From positions 4,615,320 through 4,679,245 of the forward strand of contig BFEA01000041.1 in assembly GCA_003427395.1 (NCBI GenBank): a stretch of DNA of 63,926 nucleotides. The letters are read 5' to 3'. The notes under the pieces were generated by a model. It ran no database searches. It saw nothing but the letters and a program-made list of their open reading frames with translations, and was not told where the DNA came from. Origin of the DNA: Chara braunii (taxonomy: Eukaryota > Plantae > Charophyceae). The translations under genes and the position numbers were made by a program. Every line of letters starts with the position of its first letter. Position 1 is the stretch's first letter. Of the stretch, positions 13,104-24,300 are shown in pieces.

Positions 13104-13247
13104 CTTGGTAGGCATTTATTCAAACTTACTAAAGTCTTTCGTCCAATTTTTGAGCTGATTTTTTCTTTTCTTTTCCTCCCGCCTCCCTGGCAGCTATCTA
13201 ATTGTTGCGAATTGTTGTTTTGTTGATGATGATGGTTCTTCATGCAG

Positions 13248-13289
13248 ACGAGGGCAACCTTCGTACTTGATGGGCATGGCGAACTGGAG
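13248..13289 (+). CDS. GWD1: GWD exon ([14 protein letters not shown])
   Basis: catgcag|...|gtaggg, 42 nt; resembles the plant GWD1 segment EKFSLDGNIDLL that precedes CBM45-1. Confidence 0.75.
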
Positions 13290-16200
13290 GTAGGGTATCC
13301 CTTGCTTTTCCATCTTTTTTGGCGCCCCTCATAAAAGAACGTGGCTTGAATATCTTGTTAGTTCTTGCAGGGTGTCTGTAATGACCTCCTACGCAACAAT
13401 GTCACTTACGAATGAATGGTGTTCCCACTATGCCTGTAGTCGTCAACTCGCAAGAATTGTTCTCTTTTCCTTTTGTCATCCTTGCGCAGGGGCCATGCTA
13501 ATGTTTCTCTGTATTGTTCCAACTTAAACGGATGTCCTGAAGGACAACTCGCAAGAATTGTTTCATCCCTGTTGTTGATAAAATCACTACCAGTAGCATA
13601 GTTGGAAGTACTGGTAGTACTTCTGGTTTACCTGTGAAGTATTGGCAGTGTTCCTTTGACAGTCTGGTGGCACCCCAGCAAGCTCAAGGATCCCTGAGCA
13701 TTAAAAATGCACTACCTCATTTTCCCATGTGCACACACATGGAGAGAGGCATCGATCGATTGACTCCTGTAGTGGGGTGCAGAATGATGAAACAGGGTGG
13801 TGAATCAGCATGCATGTAGGTGCACACAAACCGAAAAGGCTGAGAAGCTGGAGGGCTGCTTTTTAAAATTTCCAGTGAAGGAATGGATGGTAATCTTCTC
13901 GTTCCAAGGTGTTGCACAACTCCAATGAGGGCTCCCTGAGCAGTTTGAGATTACTGATGCAGATCTGTTGCACTCAAATGATTTGAGATTACTGATTCTT
14001 AAAGTTGACCGTCCGTTGAAAGGATAATCAATCATGTGCGTTGCAGTTACATTTGTTTATTTTTTGAAGTCAGTCTATCCAGTACATGATGCGATGGACA
14101 GCGTGATCCATGCTGGGGTGGGGTTGGTTAGGGTGGGGGGATGGTGGGCTTCTTCTGCAAGAGACTTCTTGCTCGTCCCTGCTCAAGCAGAGTTTATCTA
14201 CAAGTTTAAGGGGTCTGCGCCATTTGTGGAAGGTTAGCGGTGGAACTCGGAAGGTGATTTTTGGATAAAATGTGTGCACGCTGTGGCCAGTGACGGACCG
14301 ACTAAAGGTAAATGAGGATGGGGATATCGCACAGTGAAGGATAAAGAGCGTCGTGTGGGGATATCGCACAGTGAAGGATGAAGCGTGTCTCATGAGTGTT
14401 CCATTGGTAATTTGGTATGCTATGATTTAGCTTTTTCAACTTCTTTTTTTTTTTTTAAAGCTTTTTCAACTTTTTTAGAGTTTTTTTTTTTTTTTTTTCC
14501 TTTTTTTTTTTGGCTTTTCCAACTCTGTTGCACCGGGACGATAAAGTTTATTTGACTGTGCCTCTTGGGCACAAGAGGCAAGTCTCTTAGCCACTACAGC
14601 CAGGACATGGTGCTTAGAAGTGGAACCATACGGGTCGTGATATCCTTCCACCCCACCCCTGCAAGGTTGTAATGTCGATCTTGTCGAACTCGAGACACAC
14701 ACACCACACCACACAGACATGGCAATTCTTATGCACTTCCCTCGATCAGCATGTATTTTGAGTTTTGAATTGTTTGAGAATTCGGCTGATTTTTGGTAAT
14801 CCATCATTACTTAATAACACATAAAAACTCAAACAAAATACACAACCAAAGGAAATGCATGAAATATGTAAATACTAAATTCACTAAATTGATCTAATTG
14901 AGGCTTTTTTTTTTTTTTTTTTTTTTTTGGTGATTGTTGAATTGTTCGCCAATCCTCCACTGGTACATTGCCGGTCACTCATGCAGGACTTAACTGCTTG
15001 CCAGTTCCATGAATAGGAAAAAGTATTATACTATTATTGTTGTGATTAATGATGGCAGTTGCACTGACGATAACAAGTTTTGAATGGACGTTTGCAACTG
15101 AAAGGCCCGAAGATTGCGCTTGCCCATTTCTGTGGCTGTTTGCTTGGCATCACCTGCTGGGTTTGTATGGGGGTGGCTGATAGTTTTTCTACGACTGTGT
15201 TCTGCTTATCCAGGTTCTGTCATCAAGCGCATCTGATGGCAAAGGGGCACATATAGAGTTTAAAATCTCAGGGTGGCCGCTTGTTGAGGCCCCCGTCCTC
15301 CTTCATTGGGGTGCCACAAAAGAGGGTCAAAAGTAAGTGCTATTACTTTATATCCTCTTAAACCCCTCGTGTATATTCATTTGTGTCCCATATGGTGTTT
15401 GTGTGTGTGTGTGTGTGTGTTGTGGGGGGGGGGGGGGGGAAGCATAGGGTGTGGTTGTTGTTGGTTACTTGCTGGGGAAAGAGGGACTGATCTTCTGCTT
15501 TCGGGAGGTGAAGAGGCTCTAGCCTGAAGGTTATGTTCCCGTCATCAAAATAATAAATTAGGATAGAAATATAAATACAAGTGTCCAGCTGGTTGAAGTT
15601 GCTGTGCACTCGTCGGTCTTGTCATGTCTTTTGCTGGCGACCAAGTGCAGTCAGGTATTTTTGACTCTCTGCTATGGCTTCTGTAGTTTGTAAACTACTG
15701 CAGAACTGGGATTCCCCTTTGTTTTTATCTGTGTTCTGGTGCGCAAGTACGGGCATTCACCATTGTTGACCGGTTTATCTGTTAATTGGTTTCTTTCAAC
15801 GTTTTGCAGTGTGTGGGTACTTCCACCTGAATCCCAGCTTCCCAGGGGCACAAGAAATTACAAGGAGCGTGCCCTTCAGACCCCTTTTAAAAGGGTAAGA
15901 ACATGGCCCTGTTTTGCCTTTCCCACTGCTTGTGTTCCCCTCACAACTGCTTCCTCTCTAGATGAGACTCAGCCTGTTCTTTTAGTGCGGTGCTGGTTGA
16001 CCCCAACCAGGTTGACATATTGATTGGATGTACGACTTCAATTAACCCCTCTGTTCTGTGGCGACTTCAATGCACCTTCTATGGATTCTGTCATTACCCC
16101 AAAAGCATATTTGCTGGGGAACCAACTCTGGGACGCTCTGGAAGACTCTGGAACACTCTGGATCACTGGTGCAGTCGGGTATAATTGATTCTATCGTGGA

Positions 16201-19200
16201 TCATCGTCGTGCGAAGACCACCCCAGTCTTCGAGATGACATTCTGTGTGCCTCATGTGATATTGGCTATGCAATAGTATGCATTTCAAAGACCCCTCTCT
16301 AGGGTTAGTCATTATATATATTTTTTGTACCAATATCATGCCGTTCTGGTCACGACTTTATTCTTACAACTGGATAGATGAAGCGATTGGAAGGGATTCC
16401 TTCTACTGTGAGAGACATTTGTACGAGTCTATGTCAAGGGGTCCCATCAGACGAGAGAGAGAGAGAGAGAGAGAGTTGAGTTTCCAAAAGTTGGATGAAA
16501 TGGACTAAAAATTGTGAAAGTGTTGGAAATTGATATTCAAGATGGCGCAAGTAAATGGTGACTTGATTGTGATGGAAACAAGCTGTGGTTGACAAAATGT
16601 GTGGTGTTGGATGAAATGGACAAAAAAATTAAAAATGTTGGAAATGGGTATATTCAAGATGGCAAGTAAATGCCATGGTAACTTTATTAAAAAGTTTATT
16701 TTGATGGAAACAAGCTGTGGTTGACAAAATGTGTGGTGAGTTGACCGGCGTGACTGGTGTTTGCTCAATTGCCTTCTTTGGGTCTGGTGTTTGATGTTGT
16801 AGTCTGGAGACAAGGCAATATTGGCACTTGACTTTCCAGATGCTTCTGCTTACAGTGGAATAGAGTTCCTGCTGAAGGATGATTCGAAGAACCATTGGTA
16901 CGTAATACGTATGCACATTGCACAGTTTTTCGTTTCCCCTAACTGCTCCCCCCAAAACACCGTGGAGGGCTCAACTTCATTAGTGTACGCAGTTCTCTCA
17001 CCCTTCATATATGGTCAAGGGAACCCCCACTTCTCCTTACACTTTGCCACCGCTTGCTATCGACTGCCACAGAGGCAATTGCCAATTGGAGACCCCCTCC
17101 CTTTTTCTTAATGACATATGTATGTTCTTATGACTGTGGCATGGCATGGAAGGAAGGTCACCTCCCGTCAAATTTCAATGGCAACTCATCCTCAAATTCT
17201 GAAGGCTTAAATCATAAGCATGTCAAGCAGGTATTCGGACTCAAATGAGGAAATCATCCGAAAAATTGACTTTTTCTCCCATATAAGGGGGGTCATATCT
17301 CTGCTGGACAGTATTCTGAAGAATGATGGTTCAAATGGTTATGTAATATGTAGATGAAGAGTGTGAGTAAGTGCTAACAGGAAAGTGGGGATTGAAAACG
17401 GGGCGATGGGACTTGGTGAAAGAGTGAGCAGGTTAGTGCAGAGTATGCAGAGTAGAAAATGGGAGAATGAAGAAATCTTTTTATCAGGGACCCAATGACA
17501 TGATGCAACATCATTCCAAAATGTCAACTTTCATCGGCAGGTTTGCTGTTGAACTTGAAAGTAATAAGTCTGTCCAGTACGTTTCTGTTGAAAGAGATAG
17601 GGGTCTGGCCAGCCAGCTTGGCTGAAGGATCTGACACGTATAAAATTATAAACCTGCATGACATTGGTCTGATAGAGAGTGAAGAAAGAAAAGTCCCGAA
17701 GGTTCGCAGAAAATGGGGGTGGTAACGAGTATTTGTTTTTCTGAGTGTAAAGATAGGATTTTCTTTTTGTGCTGTTTACACAACTTTGCAGCTATATATG
17801 CCGTAATGTGCCTGTCTGTTGAATTCCACTAGTTCTGTTCAATGTCTGAATTGATGGAAGAGGAATCTTAAATCTCTCAGTGGTAAGGGTTTTTTCAATG
17901 TTTTTTGACGCTTTGCTTGTCCTCTGCAGTAGCAAACACCTTATGACTGTTCTCTTCTCTGTTGTTTACTTGTGGCAACAGCCCTGGTTAAGAATTTGAG
18001 AGATTGGAGAGTCCTCTCAGGTGTTTGCAACACTGCACGGTTTGTGTGATTGGACACATTGTTGACATGATGTGCACTGTTCGTAACCTTTGCAGGTACA
18101 AATTTAATGGTGGCAACTTCCGTGTTGCAATCCCAGGAAGAAAAAGCAATCAAGTGGTCCAGGTTCCAGATGACCTGGTATCAGTGCAGGCGTACCTCCG
18201 ATGGGAAAAGAATGGGCGACAGAACTACTCTGCTGAGCAGCAACAGGTAGGTTGACGTCATTTGTTCTCTATGCCATCCATTGTTTTCCTTTTCTGTGTT
18301 TAGCAAGATTTGCTGTGTGTGACGTCTGTGTTTTTTCTGTTTTTTAATATTTTTAATATTTTTATTAAATTTTAAACCTGTTTTTCTGTTTTTTTTGTTT
18401 TTTTGGGTTAAAGTTCGTTAAACAAGGAGATTTTGATTAATGGCTGGAAACCAGGTCAAGCTTCCCTTACAACAATAGGTTGGCATCGTTTGTTCTCATT
18501 TGTTTTCCTTTTCTGTGCTTAGCAAGATTTGCTGTGTGTGACGTCTGTTTTTTCTGTTTTTTATTAAATTTTAAACCTCAAGTTCGTTAAACAAAGAGAC
18601 TTTGATTAATGGCTGGAAACCAGGTCCAGCTTCCCTTACAAGAATACACAATGTATACAGTGTGTACACACTCTACTCTTCCTTCCATTATGGCCAACAA
18701 AGCACCCTATATCAGAGGCACTGATGGCTGCCCATTTGGAAGGATACATCCTTGTTGCACCCCTGTTGCTGCTGTTAATCCATCTCAGGACGTCCTGTCT
18801 CTGTTGGCCCTATCTGGGAATCGACACAGCCTTCTTGGGCTATTTAGTAATGCTTCGTAATCTAGAAGGGTGGACACTTAAACCTGGTCTATAGCCTTAT
18901 ATCCTCCGTTCCCGGTTCTCCTCACTACCAAGTTGCAATCGAGATGTTGGCGATGGAAGGAAGACTCTGGCTATGTTTGCAGATGCGTTAAGTGGGCTAG
19001 GACTTCTGTTCCAATATGAAAGTATAACCTACCTGAATTTATCTGTGCTATTTTACCGTTGCCTGAGTTTTTTCCTCTGCTATGTTACCTTTGCCCAATT
19101 TATCTTTCCGAAATCCTGTTGGAGTATTCTCCTCATTTATTTCGTATGTCATTGTCTTGAATAGTCTTCCATTTTCCTCCTTTTCTGTTTCTTGCAAGGT

Positions 19201-21311
19201 TTGCCGCATGTTCTGTGAAGCTGTGCGATCTTGCCTTTACCAGAAGGTGTGCCCTACTGTCTACTATAGGAAAGGTTATCTACTGTCTACTACAAAAAAC
19301 CGTGCCCACTGTGGCACTGTCTACTACAGTTAAGGTTCCTACTGTCTACTATAGGAAAGTGTGCTCACTGTTTCCTAAAGGGAAGGCGCCTACTGTCTAC
19401 TACAGGAAAGGGTGCTGATTGTGTCCTAATACGGAGGATATCTGTCAATATGGAAGGCGCCTACTGTCTACTACANAAGGGTGCTGATTGTGTCCTAATA
19501 CGGAGGATATCTGTCAATATGGAAGGCGCCTACTGTCTACTACAGGAAAGGGTGCTGATTGTGTCCTAATATGGAGGATATCTGTCAATAAGAGTTTGGG
19601 CGTCTAATGCAAAGGGTAGAACGAAGTCCGGTGCATTGCTGTCCATCAACGTGAATGCAATGCCTTTTTTTTCCACCGAGCCTCTCTCAAACTAACTAGT
19701 TTTCCCCTCCTGAGGTTTTCAGCGAGGGGAGGGTTATGACAAGTTGAAATTGTGAGTGAAGCATAATCATCGTGTGGATGAACTGGGCATCAGCAACAAG
19801 ATTAAAGCAGAATGGAGTGCATCAGCAGAAAGATAAAAGCAGTATTGCACGACAAAATGGCACACGTGCACGGAATGCCGTTTTTCTTTCAGGAGAAGGT
19901 GCTATCTCACGAGATTTGTTTTCTGCTTTCCGGTTGAATCCTTGTGGATTGGGATGACAGAGAGAGTACGAAATAGCGCGGAGCGAGCTCGAAAATGAAG
20001 TGAGGATGGGGATGACAATCGAGCAATTGGCAAGGAAGCTGCTAGGTCCTGGAGCAGACACTGGTCGCTCTACCAAAGGGTCGGCCAGAACGTATGAGGA
20101 GCGCAGTGTTGCTCAAGTTCCCGAAGATCTGGTGCAAATTCAAGCCTTTCTCAGATGGGAGCGGGCAGGAAAGCCAAACTACAGCCTGGAGAAGCAGCAG
20201 GTGCTCAGCGTTGTTGCATGTCCACGGGTGTTTGTCCTGGTCCTCGTTCTATGACACCAGCATATAGCCAATGATCTTCTTGTCTCCCTGCACCAATGAT
20301 CGCCTTGTCTCCCTGCAGGAGTGAACAGGAATTTCTCCTTTTGGGAGTGGATCTAATCACACCACCACAGCACTGGAATGAGACTATGGGGATTCTCTTT
20401 TTTTTTAATGATTTTATCATTTTCCTTTATTTAATGGTTTTTTTTTTTTTTTTTTTCCCCTTCCACAGAAAGGGTCCTTATGGCCCTGGCTCAATTTCCA
20501 TTCTGGGGAGCATCAGTCCGGTCCTATTCCCCTGGCAAGTCAGAATAAAATAGTACATCATGAAACACACTCACATTTCCTTCTGTCTGGCCGAAGGAAC
20601 CCTGACCAGCATTGATGACTCTTTTCCATCCATCTCCGACAGTTTGTCACAGCCCCTCGTTTGTTGTCCTCTTCTCCCTCTCTGCCTACGGTTTACCGGG
20701 CAGTTCTGTTTGACGATATATATATATTTATATATATGTATATCGTCATATATGTAGTGATGTGACAATATATATATACAGGGTTGCCGGCGTTCGGGAC
20801 GGGCCGAACACCCGAACCCGAACGCCCGAACGTTTGGGAACCCCTCTCGACGCGTTCGGACGTTCGGCCGAACNNNNNNNNTAGCTATTGGCGAACTACT
20901 GGCTTTAGTACAGCCTATTCTATATAGTTATTGGCAAAGCACAGGCTATCCTTTAGCTTTTGGCAAAGTGTTGGCTTTAGTACAGCCTGTTCTTTAGTTA
21001 TTGGCAAAGTACAGGCTATTCTTTAGCTATTGCCAACGTACTGGCTTTAGTACAGTTTATTCTTGAGCTATTGGCGAACTACTGGCTTTAGTACAGCCTA
21101 TTCTTTAGCTATTGTCAAACTGCTGGCTTAATTACAGCCTATTCTATTGGTATAGTACAGGCTTGCTGTCAAGGACCCAAGGTTATATCTCCGAAATAAC
21201 ATCCCTGTGATCTCCCTTTGTTCAGGATTTAGCAAGGGGTTCCCGTGCGTGCGTGTCTCTGTGGCGGTACCATGAAGGCACATAGACGATATGGTTGAAT
21301 GGTACACACAT

Positions 21312-21354
<43 letters not shown>

Positions 21355-24300
21355 CACATGTAATTAATTGTTAGTTAACAGAAAAAAATGCGTTCGAATT
21401 CTGATGGAATCAGAGGAACACACACAATCAAGCTACCTTTTTCCCCCGAATACAACGTACGGTACGGTCATTATAGCTGTATGTAGACTGAAAGATACCC
21501 CGTATGGAGCTATAATGACCGTACGTTGTATTCGGGGGAAGAAGGTAGGTGCTATCCCCCTTCGAAGCAAAATAAATAAAGCTGCATAGACAAGGTTGAC
21601 CAGATACTTTGTAGTTGGTTGGGGTAGCTTTGAAATGATTTCCCGGGCGACTTTCTCATCTCAGTGGGTGAACCCGAAGTACACCACAGAGGGGTTCCAT
21701 TCCCCATGGCATCCATTCGAATGGATGCCGTGGGGAATCGAATGGATGCCATGGGGAATCGAACCCACGACGCCTTGTGTACCACTTACGTGCGCAATCT
21801 CCTGACTGGTTCTAGACCGTTGATCTTTCTCGAAAAAAAAAAAAAAAAAAAGAACGTTGATCTTCCTTTCCAGCCTACGCCAGGTCGTTCAGGTCGTTAG
21901 GAGCTTGGGAGCTGCTTCCCCCACAGAGCAGAGGTCGGGTCAACCCAGCAGTCTCTGGAACGGCCAGCTTGTCTGAACAGATTATACATTGAAAAAAAAT
22001 ATACAATTCTACAAAGAAGTAGATATGTAGGTCGGGTTTAAGAAAAGCGGCAACAAAAAGCGGTTTAGTGGGAGTATAGGAGAGCTAGCTTCAACTGGGC
22101 CCGGTTCCCAGTTTGTGCCAAGTTGTGAGGATATGGTTGTATCCAGGGTTGCCGGCGTTCGGGACGGGACGAACACCCGAACCCGAACGCCTGAACGTTT
22201 GGGAACCCCTCTCGACGCGTTCGGACGTTCGGCCGAACGCGGAACAAAAAAAAAAAAAACAAAAAAAAAAACAAAGTTTCCAAAAATTCTGAAAAAACAC
22301 TATGTCATGCAGAAGAATAAACTAAACAACATTTGCCTCAACAGTACATCCAAATTTCTTACCAAATTTGAAATAAAAATCAAATACGAAAAATAAATAC
22401 AATTAATGAAAATGAGAAAAAATAAAACGAGAATGAAATTATTGCGTGGGCGAGCAAGTTTTTCACACCGCCATCTTTGGCGATTTTTCATTTCTTTTTG
22501 GCTTTGTCAAATGCCATGAAATTTTACACATCTGTATCTTACATCATAGAGAACCTACAAATAAAGTTTGAAAAAATAATATTTTTTTTCAGGCCCCGAA
22601 ATAAAGGGAAAACAAAAAGTGAAAAGAGAAAAAAAAACAAATTAGTAAGTGGGAAAACATGTTTTGACACCACCATCTTTGCCGATTTTTCATTATTTTT
22701 TGGCTCCACAGAATTACTTCAAAATTGAGAGACAGGTAGCTTACATAACAGAGAACTCACAAACAAAAAAATCAGAAAACAATAAGAATTTTTAGGTACC
22801 GAAATATTTTTTTGCGGGGTTCGAACCCCTTCAAGTTCGGGCCCCGTACGGGGACCCGAACGCCCGAACGTTCGGGGGTCAGCTTAGGGGCCTCCGTACG
22901 TTCGGCCTGGCAACTCTGTATATATATATATATCCATCTGGTGTGGGTGAGTGATAGTCTACTTTGATTTTGGTNAAGGTAGATTATCATTTACAGTGTA
23001 ATCAGTGAGGGGATTCTGCCGACTGTTGAGGGTTCAGCCTCCTGATGAGTCGGTGAAACTCCGACGAAACAGTTTGTCACAGCCCCTCGTTTGTTGTCCT
23101 CTTCTCTTTCTCTGCCTACGGTTTACCGGGCAGTTCTGTTTGTGACAGCCCCGTCTGTTGTCCTCTTCTCCCTCTCTGCCTACGGTTTACCGGGCAGCTC
23201 TGATATATGAAACTCCAACGAAACATTTTGTCACATCCCCTCGTTTGTTGTCGTCTTCTCCCTCTCTGCCTACGGTTTACCGGGCAGCTCTGTTTGACGA
23301 TATATAACAAAAATAATAAAATATCCTTTACTTTAACAAGCTGGGAAACGGGCCCGGCGGGACATCTTTTAAAATTGGAATGATACAGGTATGGCCCCTA
23401 TGCAAGGATGGCAAGCATAAATCGAGAAATGGTTGGAGAGTTTGTTCACAGATTCCCCCCCCCCTGGTATTGTGAACGTCTTATAAAGGGCCACTGGAAA
23501 ACAAGCAGGGGTCCGTTAACCTTCTGCTGTGTGATATGATGATATGTATGCTTCATGGGTCGGTGGATACCCTTTTTTCAAAGCTGCTTTTTAGTCTTTT
23601 TTCTTATTCCTACTTTCTATTCAAAGAAATTGTGGTCGTTGATCCTTTTGTGGCGTTTTTTTGTCCCTCCCATCCGAAGATTTTAAAATGCTGCTGGTTT
23701 GGCCTGTGTTTGTGCCCTGGGTGTCAATAGCTCCTCTCTAGCACTGTGCATTCATCAACTTTTTGGAGCACTATCTGTCCGTTTCAGGTCTTTCCGTGTT
23801 TCTTGTTAACCCTACGTCATTGCATCCAGTTGATTCCATGAGGATTTGAACAGGGAACATTCAGCCAATGGGATGGACTCTCCAATTGGATGGACTCTTC
23901 TTGTTATGGTTCGTTGCGACTGTCTTGATATCTTCCTTGTGAGATCTTGAGCTCTCTCAGCTGCCTCTTATTCACCCTTGTGCCATCCAAATATTTAATA
24001 TTATTGTTCAGCACCACCTCCTTGTTCTCCCATTCGTCATCCAAGTATTCATACTTCCAGTCCCTGTACGTCAGATAGAGTTACGTGACTCGGATGGTAG
24101 ATGCGTAATGTAGTGTTCATATCACAGTTCATTGAAGAATGCAACCTTCAGAGACAGTGAAGGTGTGAGACTGTGGCTGTCTTCACGTCTGCCAGTCCCT
24201 GTACGTCAGATAGAGTTTGTGACTTAGCTGGTAGATGCATAATGTAGTGTTCTTTACTTTCACGACTGTACTCGAACAGGATCTGCTCTTGCTCAGTTGG

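Noticed and set aside
4400-13247. GWD transit-peptide exon candidates (e.g. ORFs 4777-5217 and 11063-11272)
   Set aside because: None gave a convincing ATG, transit-peptide composition and phase-0 donor, so the exon is left uncalled.
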